A stretch of 64,000 bases of DNA from Bacteroidota bacterium (GCA_049317525.1 JBMOIC010000013.1:2014-66013), one strand, 5' to 3'. Positions 21,445 to 32,722 are shown, counted from the stretch's first letter. Notes: generated from the sequence alone by a model not told the origin. Program-made: numbers and translations.

Positions 21445-21939
21445 TTAATTATTAGAAAGTTCTGATATAGCAGATTCTACCAAGCCTTTGTGCAGCTCTG
21501 CAGATACTACTTTGCCTATCACTTTATCAGTTGCTTGGATAACTAAAGATGCAACTTCAGTTCTTAAAGATTGAAGAGCTAACTCTTTTTCTCTCGATAT
21601 TTCTCTTATTGCTTCTTCCAGTTTTACTCGCTTTACACGTTCGGCTTCTTCTGCAGCTGATTTTACAATCATTTCTGCCTGAATTTTACCTTCTTTAAGC
21701 ATAGACATTACTTCTGATTGCGCATTTGCAATCTTTTCACGACTATCTTTCAATGTTTTTTGTGCCTCTATACTAGCTTGTTCAGCTTGTTGTATTGATT
21801 CACTAATTTTTTTCTCACGGGCATCTAAAGCAGCTAGCATTGGTTTAAAACCAAACTTTCCAATTAGAATAAAGAAAAGTCCAAAATTGATAAAGGTCCA
21901 AATAATCAGACCTGGGCTTACATTCAGCAAATTATCCAT
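21445..21939 (-). CDS. atpF: F1Fo ATP synthase subunit b
   Basis: PGLIIW N-terminal TM helix followed by a long coiled coil. Confidence 0.95.
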   Translation of the reverse strand: MDNLLNVSPGLIIWTFINFGLFFILIGKFGFKPMLAALDAREKKISESIQQAEQASIEAQKTLKDSREKIANAQSEVMSMLKEGKIQAEMIVKSAAEEAERVKRVKLEEAIREISREKELALQSLRTEVASLVIQATDKVIGKVVSAELHKGLVESAISELSNN

Positions 21940-21966
21940 GATTCACTTTCATTCTGAATTTTATGA

Positions 21967-22046
21967 ATAGACTCGGTTTAGCCCGAACCTATACTGAACA
22001 TACCACAAAGCAATCCCAACAGTTCAAAGGGACTGCTTTATGGCAT
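21967..22046 (-). promoter_or_regulatory. Two tandem mRNA stem-loops between atpE and atpF
   Basis: 18-bp stem at 22000-22046 and 10-bp stem at 21967-21992; both are complete only on the minus (mRNA) strand through G-U pairs. Confidence 0.65.
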
Positions 22047-22088
22047 AATATTATTACATCTTACAAGCGTATTACTTTTTAAGTAATA

Positions 22089-22319
22089 TTATTTGTTTGC
22101 AAGAATGATACAGATTAGACAAGCCAATAACGCAACACCTTCGATAAGTGCTGCACCAATAATCATTGTTGTACGTGCATCTTTAGCTGTTTCTGGTTGG
22201 CGTGCACCAGCTTCTAATGCTGCTGCTACAAGTGGGCCAATTCCAGTACCTACACCAAAAACTGTGATACCTACTCCTAAACCGGCTGCAAGCCAAGCAA
22301 GTGCTTTTGATTCCATCAT
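22089..22319 (-). CDS. atpE: F1Fo ATP synthase subunit c (probably H+-type)
   Basis: GxGxGxG motif, ARQPE loop, ALIEG carboxylate; no Na+-type E-S/T signature. Confidence 0.97.
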   Translation of the reverse strand: MMESKALAWLAAGLGVGITVFGVGTGIGPLVAAALEAGARQPETAKDARTTMIIGAALIEGVALLACLICIILANK

Positions 22320-22385
22320 TGTTCTATTCTCCGAAAAATTATGAGTTAATGAAACCGAAATGGTTTTCTTAAAAACTAAATAAGT

Positions 22386-23402
22386 TTAGTGGTGTCCATC
22401 TTCTTGCACATGATCTCCCAATACTAATCCAGTAAATACTGCAGTTAGCATTGTGAAAATATATGCTTGTAAAAAGGTTACCAATAATTCAAGACTATAT
22501 ATAAATATCGAAAACAATACCGAAATAGGCGCTACAACAAATGAATGGAAAAAGAATATCAATCCCATCAATGTTAATAATACAATATGTCCACTTGTCA
22601 TATTTGCAAATAAACGTATGCTTAATGCAAATGGCTTGGTAAATAAGCCAATAATTTCAATTGGAACCATAATAGGTGCTAACCACCATGGCGCGCCACC
22701 CAATAAGTGATGAGCAAATGATTTAAAAGCTTCTACAGTACCCATTGCTTTAATTGGAATCAATAGATTAATTACTACAAAAGCTGTAATTGCTAATGCA
22801 GCTGTTGTTCCAATTGCCGAAGTGGCAGTATGTGCTCCTGGTAATAATCCCACAAGATTCATTGCATAGATGAAAAAGAATATTGTGAGAAAATAAGGTA
22901 AAAAGGCTTTTACTAATCTTTCATTAGGAATATTTGGACGCACCACAGTATCTCTTACCATCATAGTAAGCATTTCTAATGCATTTTGAATACCCTTTGG
23001 TGCTATATTGCCATTCTTATAACGTCTATTGCCTACCATGAATAATCCTAATACTACGATTAAAGATATCCACTGAAATGCAACAAAATTTGTAGGAGAA
23101 GCATCTAATGTAGGATGTGATCCATCTTTTTTTAATGCATGGCCATGATGCAAATCATATACACTATCTCTAATAAGTGATGCCTGATTAGGATACACTT
23201 TTAATCCAGTTTCTGCATCGTACAGGATATAAGGCAAATCTGCAATATGGATAGAAAAGATATGGAATCCGCTATGATCGCCTAACTCTTCGTCAAATAG
23301 GGCCTTGAAAGTAAAACCTTCAGATACCTGAGAATTGTGAGACTCATTATGTTGTGAGTGAGGTTCAGTCGCAGTATGAACTGCTGTTGAATCGTGATTC
23401 AT
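22386..23402 (-). CDS. atpB: F1Fo ATP synthase subunit a
   Basis: KPFALSIRLFANMTSGH, ELLVTFLQAYIFTMLT. Confidence 0.97.
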   Translation of the reverse strand: MNHDSTAVHTATEPHSQHNESHNSQVSEGFTFKALFDEELGDHSGFHIFSIHIADLPYILYDAETGLKVYPNQASLIRDSVYDLHHGHALKKDGSHPTLDASPTNFVAFQWISLIVVLGLFMVGNRRYKNGNIAPKGIQNALEMLTMMVRDTVVRPNIPNERLVKAFLPYFLTIFFFIYAMNLVGLLPGAHTATSAIGTTAALAITAFVVINLLIPIKAMGTVEAFKSFAHHLLGGAPWWLAPIMVPIEIIGLFTKPFALSIRLFANMTSGHIVLLTLMGLIFFFHSFVVAPISVLFSIFIYSLELLVTFLQAYIFTMLTAVFTGLVLGDHVQEDGHH

Positions 23403-23462
23403 AATATATGGAAATTGTTAAGCTTAACAATCAAGCTACATTGATTACTGAAATTCAATATT

Positions 23463-23783
23463 TTATTTTTTGGAATCTCTCACTTTTATCTTTTCTGATA
23501 CAAAGTGAAAGTAAAAAATTTCAATAAAGAGATAAATAAATACACCAAAAGCCAAAGAAATCGAATAACTTAAAGCAGCAACACCGTATTGAGTTAATGC
23601 CCACCAAGAAAAAATTCCAATTGCCATGATGCGCAAAAACATGCTGCCCAAAACAATCGAAATAAACTTTTCAAATTTCTTGCCATATGCATAAACAGAT
23701 ATTATATAACCCAATGCTGCATTAAGGAAACAAATAATTTGGGCAAGAACCGCCGAGTAAAAGTCCGAAGGATTATTATCCAC
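23463..23783 (-). CDS. atpI: ATP synthase protein I-like membrane protein
   Basis: Small multi-TM protein directly upstream of atpB; GTG start. Confidence 0.6.
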   Translation of the reverse strand: MDNNPSDFYSAVLAQIICFLNAALGYIISVYAYGKKFEKFISIVLGSMFLRIMAIGIFSWWALTQYGVAALSYSISLAFGVFIYLFIEIFYFHFVSEKIKVRDSKK

Positions 23784-23795
23784 TCTTTTTATACT

Positions 23796-24035
23796 TTATT
23801 TCACATCTTTTTGTTTGCCCATTGAAAGGGCAGTTCTAATAAAGTGGGTTAATCCGGCAACTGCTCCAAAAAAACCTCCGCTAACCATTAACCAAGGCTC
23901 GGTGCCATACTTGCCATCTAACCACCAACCAGCAAAGCCACAAAGAATTACAGAAGCAGCCAATTGCATGCCCATGCCCATAAAAGGGGCTAATTCTTTC
24001 TGAACAGATCCCGATTTTTCATTTTCTGGTAACAT
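23796..24035 (-). CDS. AtpZ/AtpI-family small membrane protein
   Basis: GWWLDGKYGTEPW signature; likely start MLPEN at 24035. Confidence 0.85.
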   Translation of the reverse strand: MLPENEKSGSVQKELAPFMGMGMQLAASVILCGFAGWWLDGKYGTEPWLMVSGGFFGAVAGLTHFIRTALSMGKQKDVK

Positions 24036-24193
24036 CACATATCCATGAACGAAAATAAAGGAACGATTCATAAGCTTACTGAATAAGTGTCCAAATTAAG
24101 TATTTAGATAAAGAATACCAAGAATAGATTTGATTAATTCTTGATTGAAATCTAATATGGAGCTAAAATTTAAAAAATTCCAAACTTTCTATT

Positions 24194-25036
24194 TTAATAA
24201 CTTTCATCAATTGAAGGAAAGTTGCAATTTCTTATGTCTTGAATATAGGAATCTACCGAATGAGAAATTCTTTCTTGAAGATTATCATATCGTCTTACAA
24301 ATCTTGGGCTAAAATCTATTGTGAGTCCTACCATATCTGAATACACCAAAATTTGTCCATCGCAATAAGGTCCAGCTCCAATTCCAATTGTTGGAACTAT
24401 CAAAGAGGATGTAATTTTTTGTGCTAACTGCATTGGAATTTTTTCTAGAACAATTGCAAATGCACCTGCTTGTTCAAGCTCAAGTGCGTCATTCATTATT
24501 TCTTCGGCTTCTTGTTCGGATTCACCTCTGGGACGATAGCTTCCAAATTGATTAATACTTTGTGGTGTTAATCCTAAATGTGCCATTACAGGTATACCTG
24601 CTTCTGTCATTTTTCTTACTGCTTTAGCTACTCGATGCCCTCCCTCGATTTTTACTGCGCTTGCTCCAGCTTCTTTCATTAAACGGCCAGCATTTCTAAA
24701 TGCTTCTTCTGGGCTTATTTGATAGCTCATAAAGGGCATATCTGCAACTACTAATGCCCTTTGTACTCCTTTAACAACTGCTTTTGTATGATAAATGATA
24801 TCTTCTAATGTTACTGGTATCGTTGTTTCATGTCCTTGAACTACATTTCCTAATGAATCCCCTACAAGAATTAAATCAATGCCTGCTTCATCTATTATTC
24901 TTGCTATTAATGCATCATAGGCTGTAAGACATGATATTTTCTTTTGTTTTTTTTTCATGTCCTGTAAACGACGTGTTGTAACGCGTTTCAAGGGCGCAGA
25001 TTGATGTTCTGCATCGTGTTTGTCTGATAAATTCAT
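24194..25036 (-). CDS. panB: 3-methyl-2-oxobutanoate hydroxymethyltransferase
   Basis: [33 protein letters not shown]. Confidence 0.97.
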   Translation of the reverse strand: MNLSDKHDAEHQSAPLKRVTTRRLQDMKKKQKKISCLTAYDALIARIIDEAGIDLILVGDSLGNVVQGHETTIPVTLEDIIYHTKAVVKGVQRALVVADMPFMSYQISPEEAFRNAGRLMKEAGASAVKIEGGHRVAKAVRKMTEAGIPVMAHLGLTPQSINQFGSYRPRGESEQEAEEIMNDALELEQAGAFAIVLEKIPMQLAQKITSSLIVPTIGIGAGPYCDGQILVYSDMVGLTIDFSPRFVRRYDNLQERISHSVDSYIQDIRNCNFPSIDESY

Positions 25037-25162
25037 ATTGTGGTCCAGGATTTAAGGCTTTTCATAACTTAATCTGAACTTCAATTTAAGTTTTTATTTC
25101 TCACTAACATTAAAAAAGCCTGTCTTATTAATGTCTGGTTTCCTTTTTTAGGATATAATTTA

Positions 25163-26686
25163 TCAATTCATATATGGAATTGTTTTAGTCTTCCCTTTTT
25201 TATCTTTTATTCTTATTAAATAATATGATGCATTAAAATATGGTAATGCTATCGATGATTGATTATCAATTACAGCTGTATATACTTGTTTTCCTTGAAG
25301 ATCAAACATTGAAATTTCATCTATACATTCGGCATTTTCTGATTGTACTATATGATTATTAATGAGAACATAGTCTTGTAATGATCCAGATTCTGCAATT
25401 CCAGTAGATATTCCTGTATTTTCTAAGCTGATGAGCTCGTCACCTGCTTTATAAGGCGTATAATAAAAATATGTCAGCATCATTTCATCTGTCGTTCCTT
25501 CACCAAGAGTAACTAATTTTGGAGGATTACTTGGATTATGATGATTATCAGTTGTATTGTCATATTGAACTTCCGAGTAAAAGACAGTTCCCTTAGGCAC
25601 CTTCTGTAAGGTTTTGAATGTATATGCCATTTGCCAATGGAAATCCCATTCGGGTATATCGATAATCTTTATAGTGTCTTTACTTGGCGTAATACCAATA
25701 ATTTTTGTGCTTTTTCCAATAAGATGCATATGAGGTAATACTGCAAATATGGAAGCATTTATTGGCGATACAAATCGTTGATGAAATGTCTTTTTTTGAT
25801 TTGCAGGAATAATAAGTGGTCCATCAATAATATTTTGATGATCTAATAGCGAACTAATTTTCACTTCTCTTACATTCATATCTTTATTAAATAAAAATCT
25901 TATCGTTGTTTGATCTTGTTTGTCTACCGAACCTGCTGGATAATGAACTTGTATTAAAATTTTAGCATTTTTTTGTAAACGTAAGCCAAAGTCTTTGGGA
26001 AAAAAATAGGGTTCTGTTCCAGGCGCATATACACCTAATAAAGTAGCGGTATTAGATCCAACACCTCCCAATCCGTCATATCCTGGTTCGGGAGTTAATG
26101 CGTCTAAAGAATCACCAACAGAAGAAGTATCCTGATATACCAATACATGATGCACAATTTCTGGATTTCCGGGTATCACTTCGATGCCACTAATAAATTG
26201 CTCAGTTGTATTGATTCCATTCAGAACAAAGCATTTATATTCATCTAATCCTCCAGATTTTGCTTGAGATGTATAAACAGACATCGAAGCAATAAAATCT
26301 GGATTTTTTATTATGGAATTTCCTGTATATTCTGGTGGTTTTGGTGCTATAGAAATATCACCCTCTGGCACATCATTATTAATCCAATCTATAATTGATT
26401 GTTTTTCTTCTGGGCTAAGGTTTTTTTGATGTGCATATTCTCTAAAAGTGGTATTTGCTGGATAAGGTGGCATATGATTGTCTTCAACACTATGTAGAAT
26501 TGCACTTTTTTTCGAGATCGCTTGTTGATATGTCATTAATGAAAAAGGGGCTATTCCCCCATCATGATGACAAGAAGTACATTTTGTATAGATAGTTGAA
26601 GCAATATTTTTAGACCAATCTGGTTTTGATGCATATACCGAAAACATGGTACATAAAAGCATTAGATATTTCAATATGTTTTTCAT
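25163..26686 (-). CDS. Copper type II (PHM/DBH-like) monooxygenase-domain protein with N-terminal CxxCH and probable T9SS CTD
   Basis: CTSCH; VHHVL; PHMH; DEMM; WDFHWQ; CTD-like tail; likely start MKNILKY. Confidence 0.75.
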   Translation of the reverse strand: MKNILKYLMLLCTMFSVYASKPDWSKNIASTIYTKCTSCHHDGGIAPFSLMTYQQAISKKSAILHSVEDNHMPPYPANTTFREYAHQKNLSPEEKQSIIDWINNDVPEGDISIAPKPPEYTGNSIIKNPDFIASMSVYTSQAKSGGLDEYKCFVLNGINTTEQFISGIEVIPGNPEIVHHVLVYQDTSSVGDSLDALTPEPGYDGLGGVGSNTATLLGVYAPGTEPYFFPKDFGLRLQKNAKILIQVHYPAGSVDKQDQTTIRFLFNKDMNVREVKISSLLDHQNIIDGPLIIPANQKKTFHQRFVSPINASIFAVLPHMHLIGKSTKIIGITPSKDTIKIIDIPEWDFHWQMAYTFKTLQKVPKGTVFYSEVQYDNTTDNHHNPSNPPKLVTLGEGTTDEMMLTYFYYTPYKAGDELISLENTGISTGIAESGSLQDYVLINNHIVQSENAECIDEISMFDLQGKQVYTAVIDNQSSIALPYFNASYYLIRIKDKKGKTKTIPYMN

Positions 26687-26836
26687 ACTTTTCCTTTTGA
26701 TGACTATTTGTCTTATTAACAGATGCAAATTAATATGCATTAATCAAATCCAAAGACTACTCAATACTTCTTTAGGTTTATAAAGGCAATAATATTTATA
26801 GTTTTACGCCTTGAAACTACATAAAATTTCTTAATC

Positions 26837-29800
26837 ATGAGTTTATATATGTTCTATAGATTGTTCATTGGTGCACTTGTACTTTGTATAGTGTTCACTA
26901 ATTATGTTTTTGGCGAACAGACGATTGTATATACACCTAAAGGTATTGTCCTTACTATTACTCATCTACAAACAAAACAACAAAATATGCCTTCCAATTC
27001 ACTTTTGAATTGTGTACATATTCCAAATGTTGCTGATGCTAGATTTTCTATTGATACTTCTTCTCCTGCACTTCAATCTTTATTTCCACTTTTAGCTGTT
27101 CCTAATACAGGCGCAATCAATATAAGATATACAATGAATGGATGGAAATCTATTCATTTGCAAAAACCTTTGGCTATGCTAAATCTGTTTTCACAGTCTC
27201 AAGAATGTAAAAAAGATATTAAAGAATTTGTCCATGTAGAAAGACAAGGTACCTTAAGAGATATCCCCGTAGCAGAGTTATCAATACAGCCCTTTAGATA
27301 TGATTATCAATCAGGGAAATTATCTATTGCAGATACAATTATCGTGCATATTGAATTTACTCATGTAGTACAGAACATTCCAGATTATCGTATCAATGAG
27401 AAAGAAAGTGGTTTTTTGTCTAGAATTATTAATCCTCAACATATCCCGGCATGTATTGTTCAATACAATAGAAAATCAGAAAATATTCTGACTGAAAATT
27501 GGTATTCTGCAAATCAAAAATATATTCGATTGATTACAAAAAAAGATGGTATAGCTAAGATTTCTGGCAAAGAAATCATTAGAAATAAACCAGAATGGCA
27601 AGGTAAGGAATTATCAAGATTCAGGCTTATATATAAAGGTAATACCTATCCTTTTGGAATTGATAAAGACAATGATAGTGTATTAAGCAATGATGATTCT
27701 TTCATTTTTGCATCTAAACGTGCTGCCGGAGATACTACTTGGTTTAATCGTGTTACAGATGAGTCTTCTTTCTTTTTAACATTAGAAAATAACCCTGTAA
27801 CTGATACATCTGCTCGATTATCAACTATTCAATCCATTCCTTTCAATACTTTAGATTCTATAGGTATTGTCTCTAAACATATAGAAGAGGATCATAGTAT
27901 TTATGCTGGTGATAAAACATCAGCATTTGAATTTTCTATACTTTCTTGTGATTTTAAATTTGGCAAAAATTTCTTTTGGCAAAGACTAAGCACATTAAGT
28001 CCATATTCTGTTTTTACTGATACGCTTCAATTAACAGCAACTTCATCTCCTTTATCACTCTCCATTGCTCTTCATGGTGCTTCTGATATTGATTCATTAC
28101 AATTTGACCATAATGTAGAGATTTTATGGAATGGTAATCGTATCGCTACAGATTCTTTTTCTGGTATGACAGATAAATTTGTGTCTATTTCTGTTCCTGC
28201 ATCTTTGATTATTCCTGGGGCAAATATTCTTCAGATACGATCTATATCTATTTCTGACAATGTATTTACAGAACTTTATCTTAATTATTATGAAATATCA
28301 CATAACACAAAACTATTATGTGAGCAAGGTGAACTTGCATATTCCAATAAAAAAGATCAGCCTGCTTCAATGCAAATTGATGGATTAAGAACATCATCAT
28401 ATACTGTTATAGATACTCTTCATAATTCATATCTAGTAGATTCTACTCAAAAAAAAGGTGATATCATTTCTGCAGGTATTGCTTCTAATGGGTTTACATC
28501 ATTGATGTTTAGGGATTCACTCTATTTCTCAAAAATATATTCAGGTTGTATATTATGGGTATTAATGAAAGATGGAACAACTCATTTTATTCAAGTTCAA
28601 ACATATCAAGATATAAAAAACGTGTTAAATAGTTATTCTCAATATACTTATGCACTTTTACTTTCATCTGGTAACCTTTTACAGTCATTAAGTCAAAATG
28701 AAAAAAGAGACTTATTAGGAACGGTTCAAACGCCTCAATCTGGGCCTTTTTCATTATTAATCAATGGCGGAAATCTACAAAGACACATTGCATTTGGTTA
28801 TACTTCAATGCAAGAATTCTTGCCTTCTGAATCTGGCCAAGCATATCGAGCATATATCAATTCACAAAACAATTTTTCTGGTTATATAGTAGATGCAGAA
28901 GCTTTTGCTGAAACAAGTATTGAAGATGTTTCTTCAAGCGATCTATTACAAGAGAATTCACAAGCAGATGCCGTTTTTATAGTACATTCTGATTTTGCTA
29001 AACAAGCAAAAATTCTTGCCGAACATAGAAATAAACAGGGATGGATAATTAAAATTGTTGATGTGAAGGACATTTACAAAGAGTTTAATCATGGAATTAA
29101 ATCTGTACATGCAATTAAAAGTTTTTTAAAACATGCACATGAACAATGGAAAAAGCCAGCTCCTTTATATGCTGTATTAATTGGAAATGCTAGTTGGGAC
29201 CCACTTAAATTGCTAAATACGTCTAATCAAAATGATTTTGTTCCAACTTATGGTTTTCCTGTTAGTGATGTCTGGTTTTCATTATTAGACAGTACTCAAA
29301 AAAATCCGGATATGGTTATTGGCAGATTGCCTGTTTCTACGCCTGAAGAAGCAACTGCAACTGTAAATAAAATCATAGAATATGACGAGTTAAAGGCATC
29401 GCCATGGATGAAACATTTTCTGTTTTTGTCTGGAGGAGACCCCGAAGACAATACCTTTTATAATCAATATAATGGGATTAATGAATATCTAACCAATAGT
29501 AATATTTGTGGTGATACAACAAGAATTTTCAGGCAAAATGCCCTGGGTGGAGTAGATGAATCTATTTCATTTAAAATTCGTTCTGCAATAAATGAAGGTG
29601 CATTATGGGTTAATTTCATTGGGCATGGATCCCCTCTTTACTATGAATTAGATGGATGGAGAGCTCCTGATTTAAATAATAAAGGTAAGTATTTCCTTCT
29701 TTCTACTTTTTCTTGTAGTTCAGGTGCATTTGGTGAGCCTTCGGGTCCTTGTAGAAATGAAACATATCTAACCGAAGCAAATAAAGGTTCTGTGGCATCA

Positions 29801-32647
29801 TTAGGAAATACATTTACAGGTATTGTAAGTACTGATTATAGTCTTTTTACCTCTATCTTTAGCATTATGGCTAGCAATAATTATGTAAGAAGAATTGGAG
29901 ACCTTGTTAATAGCGCTAAGGCAGGAAATTTTGGATTTGATATTTTGTTTAATAATTCTTGCTTGCAATTTAATCTAATGGGCGATCCAATGACAAATCT
30001 AGCCCTTGTAGATAAGCCCGATTATTATATAAGAACAAGTGATCTATCGCTTGCTTCTTCTACAATTTCTGCAAATGATAGCATATTTACTCTTAATGGA
30101 ATATGCCACAATAGAGGCATTGGTAATGGAAAAAATATTCCTATTCGCATTATGCGTTCTATTGGCAGCATAAAAGATACATTTAATATTTCTACAGATT
30201 CTTTGTGTAGAAGTAGTTCATTTTCTCTTAACTTTCCTATTAAAGGTATTTCTGGTACTCATATGATTACAGTTCATATCGATCCAGATAGCGTAATTCA
30301 GGAAGAAAATATCAAGGATAATAATATTCTGTCTATTCCCGTGAATGTGTTTGCTAATGGATTGTCTATGGTAGATCCACTTCCTGGCTGGACAGTTAAT
30401 GCAGAAAAACCTCAATTTAGATGTATAATCCCAAAAAATTCTTCTGCACAATCATTAGAATTACAGTTAAAACAGATAAACAATGATTCAATTATCTCTC
30501 AATACATGGGTGATACAGATAATACATTGAAAGTGTATGAAGGGTATATTGATTGGTTTCCCTCTGCTGATGCCTTGCAGCAATATATAGGAAAAGATAT
30601 TCTGTTTAATGCTCGAGTTCTTGATTCACTTACAAATCAATATAGTAAATGGACATCTATCCCTATTCATATTGAAAAAAGTGCTAGCGATACAGTTCAT
30701 TTTTCATTGTTCAACCTTGCAGCCTGGAAAGAGTCTGAATCTAGTCAATTAGATATTAATGCTACTTCATCAGCTTTGTCAATTTCATCTATAAAAAGGA
30801 ATATAACTGTTATTGGTTGTAATGCGGGTGCGGGTGGACGCTATGCAGACATTAATTATGGTGGCAGAGTATATATCGAAAGAAATGATGCCGCAAAATT
30901 ATGTGTACTAAAGATTAGTCCTTATGATACTATTGGTACATTCCGAGAGTTTAATGCATTTTTAAGCCCACAAGATAATGAACTAGATTATCGAGGAAAT
31001 TCAAAAGATCTAGTCACCTTCCTTAAAGATTCTGTGCAAAAAGGTGATTATATTGCCATAACTGTTTCTGATGCATGTTTTAGAGGCCCTATAGTTACAT
31101 CGGCTGGGCTTATTGGAGATTCTCAAAGCCTAATAGATGCTCTGAAAGAGTGTGGTTCTACTTTGATCGACTCTGTCTTCAATGCAAAAACATATCAAAA
31201 TGGTGCCGAAATATCTGGCTCTGATAGAATAGCTTCCTCTTTTGTAATGATAGGAAGAAAAGGAAGTCTCCCTGGTTCGGCAATAGAAAAATTTGCTCCA
31301 TCTTCGGATACTTTAACTGTTTCTGATACTCTTACTATTCTACAAAAATTAGGAAATTATTCATCAGGATTAATTGGACCTGCTAAAGAATGGCATTCAT
31401 TAGATATTTCTACTCAATTATCCAATGGTAATTCCACTATTTTACAAGTGTATGGAAGAAATTCTTTAATACCGCAAGATTCATTGCTATATGAAGGTTC
31501 CAAGAATAACATCAATTTGAACACTATCGATGCAAAAATATTCCCTTATCTAACTGTAAACATTAACTTAATAAATGATTCTTCAGATTTTTCTCCCATA
31601 TTGAATGGTATCAATTGTACATTTATTCCAGCGCCAGAATTAACAGTCTTTCCTTCAGATTTTTCTGTAAAAGGTACATATCCTAGACAAACCATCTTAA
31701 AAGGAGATAGTTTAGAGATTTCTGGCATAATCAAAAATCTATCGTTAAAACAATCTTCTTTTCCTTTAACTGATATGTGTATTTCACAAAAACCTCTTAC
31801 TGGTTCGAATTCATCTGAATCCTATACTTATCAAATTCCAATATTACAAAAAAATGCATCATATGCATTTTCTGTTATTCTTCCTTCACAAAATGTATCA
31901 AAAAGTACAGATTGGACAATGATTTCAGATTGCTCTTTAACACATGAAGATATGTACAGATTTAATAATACAGTAAGCAAACAACTATTTATTGACGAAG
32001 ATTCTGTGCCTCCATCAATTCAAGTATATGCAGATGATATCCTATTAAAAGATAATGATACAATTTCAGCAAATCCTTCATTTTCTGTTATTGTTCAAGA
32101 CAATTCTTTCTTAACTTTTGATTCTAGTAAAGTAAGGGTAAGAATTAATCGCTATTGGCAACCAGATTCTACAGCTTCAAAGGTTACATTCACTCAATAT
32201 GAATATGGATCTACACAAAGAGTTTCACTTAATTTTACAAGCTTAAATAGATTAGATATTGGCGAGAATTTATTAACTGTCTTTACAGAAGATGCTTCTG
32301 CAAATAAAGATACTATAAGGCTATTATTACATGTAGTTTTGAATAGTTCGGTGCATTCTTTTATTCAATGGCCTAATCCAATTCAATTACCCAATAGTGT
32401 AACAATTGGCTACAAATACGCTGCACAAAAACAAGATGCAGATTCTCGATTATCAATAGCTTCTATTAATGGATCTATTATTAATACATTACATCATAAA
32501 ACTACTATTGGCAATAATCAAGTTATGTGGGATTGTAAAGATTCGAATGGTAATCTTGTAGCGCCTGGTGTCTATCTATTCAGATTGCAAATTGATGGGG
32601 ATAGTTATACAGAACCTGTTTTTGGTAAGATAATTATCATTGAATAA
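26837..32647 (+). CDS. Large C25-family (gingipain/PorU-like) cysteine peptidase with FlgD-like/T9SS C-terminal domain
   Basis: IYKEFNHG, IGRLP, catalytic NFIGHGS and FSCSSG, LMGDP; C-terminal WDCKDSNGNLVAPGVYLFRL. Confidence 0.85.
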   Translation: MSLYMFYRLFIGALVLCIVFTNYVFGEQTIVYTPKGIVLTITHLQTKQQNMPSNSLLNCVHIPNVADARFSIDTSSPALQSLFPLLAVPNTGAINIRYTMNGWKSIHLQKPLAMLNLFSQSQECKKDIKEFVHVERQGTLRDIPVAELSIQPFRYDYQSGKLSIADTIIVHIEFTHVVQNIPDYRINEKESGFLSRIINPQHIPACIVQYNRKSENILTENWYSANQKYIRLITKKDGIAKISGKEIIRNKPEWQGKELSRFRLIYKGNTYPFGIDKDNDSVLSNDDSFIFASKRAAGDTTWFNRVTDESSFFLTLENNPVTDTSARLSTIQSIPFNTLDSIGIVSKHIEEDHSIYAGDKTSAFEFSILSCDFKFGKNFFWQRLSTLSPYSVFTDTLQLTATSSPLSLSIALHGASDIDSLQFDHNVEILWNGNRIATDSFSGMTDKFVSISVPASLIIPGANILQIRSISISDNVFTELYLNYYEISHNTKLLCEQGELAYSNKKDQPASMQIDGLRTSSYTVIDTLHNSYLVDSTQKKGDIISAGIASNGFTSLMFRDSLYFSKIYSGCILWVLMKDGTTHFIQVQTYQDIKNVLNSYSQYTYALLLSSGNLLQSLSQNEKRDLLGTVQTPQSGPFSLLINGGNLQRHIAFGYTSMQEFLPSESGQAYRAYINSQNNFSGYIVDAEAFAETSIEDVSSSDLLQENSQADAVFIVHSDFAKQAKILAEHRNKQGWIIKIVDVKDIYKEFNHGIKSVHAIKSFLKHAHEQWKKPAPLYAVLIGNASWDPLKLLNTSNQNDFVPTYGFPVSDVWFSLLDSTQKNPDMVIGRLPVSTPEEATATVNKIIEYDELKASPWMKHFLFLSGGDPEDNTFYNQYNGINEYLTNSNICGDTTRIFRQNALGGVDESISFKIRSAINEGALWVNFIGHGSPLYYELDGWRAPDLNNKGKYFLLSTFSCSSGAFGEPSGPCRNETYLTEANKGSVASLGNTFTGIVSTDYSLFTSIFSIMASNNYVRRIGDLVNSAKAGNFGFDILFNNSCLQFNLMGDPMTNLALVDKPDYYIRTSDLSLASSTISANDSIFTLNGICHNRGIGNGKNIPIRIMRSIGSIKDTFNISTDSLCRSSSFSLNFPIKGISGTHMITVHIDPDSVIQEENIKDNNILSIPVNVFANGLSMVDPLPGWTVNAEKPQFRCIIPKNSSAQSLELQLKQINNDSIISQYMGDTDNTLKVYEGYIDWFPSADALQQYIGKDILFNARVLDSLTNQYSKWTSIPIHIEKSASDTVHFSLFNLAAWKESESSQLDINATSSALSISSIKRNITVIGCNAGAGGRYADINYGGRVYIERNDAAKLCVLKISPYDTIGTFREFNAFLSPQDNELDYRGNSKDLVTFLKDSVQKGDYIAITVSDACFRGPIVTSAGLIGDSQSLIDALKECGSTLIDSVFNAKTYQNGAEISGSDRIASSFVMIGRKGSLPGSAIEKFAPSSDTLTVSDTLTILQKLGNYSSGLIGPAKEWHSLDISTQLSNGNSTILQVYGRNSLIPQDSLLYEGSKNNINLNTIDAKIFPYLTVNINLINDSSDFSPILNGINCTFIPAPELTVFPSDFSVKGTYPRQTILKGDSLEISGIIKNLSLKQSSFPLTDMCISQKPLTGSNSSESYTYQIPILQKNASYAFSVILPSQNVSKSTDWTMISDCSLTHEDMYRFNNTVSKQLFIDEDSVPPSIQVYADDILLKDNDTISANPSFSVIVQDNSFLTFDSSKVRVRINRYWQPDSTASKVTFTQYEYGSTQRVSLNFTSLNRLDIGENLLTVFTEDASANKDTIRLLLHVVLNSSVHSFIQWPNPIQLPNSVTIGYKYAAQKQDADSRLSIASINGSIINTLHHKTTIGNNQVMWDCKDSNGNLVAPGVYLFRLQIDGDSYTEPVFGKIIIIE

Positions 32648-32687
32648 AAAAATGCCTTATCATCGGGGGGAAGTGATGACAAGGCAT
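32646..32687 (-). terminator. Intrinsic terminator downstream of tRNA-Gly (may also serve the convergent C25 gene)
   Basis: 13-bp stem ATGCCTTGTCATC/GATGATAAGGCAT on the minus strand followed by a U tract. Confidence 0.75.
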
Positions 32688-32722
32688 GCAGCATAAAGAG
32701 GAAGTAACGGCTTTCGCCGTCG

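Noticed and set aside
22089-24035. Na+-translocating or N-type ATPase
   Set aside because: Subunit c lacks the Na+-binding signature, atpH is present, and the gene order is standard F-type.
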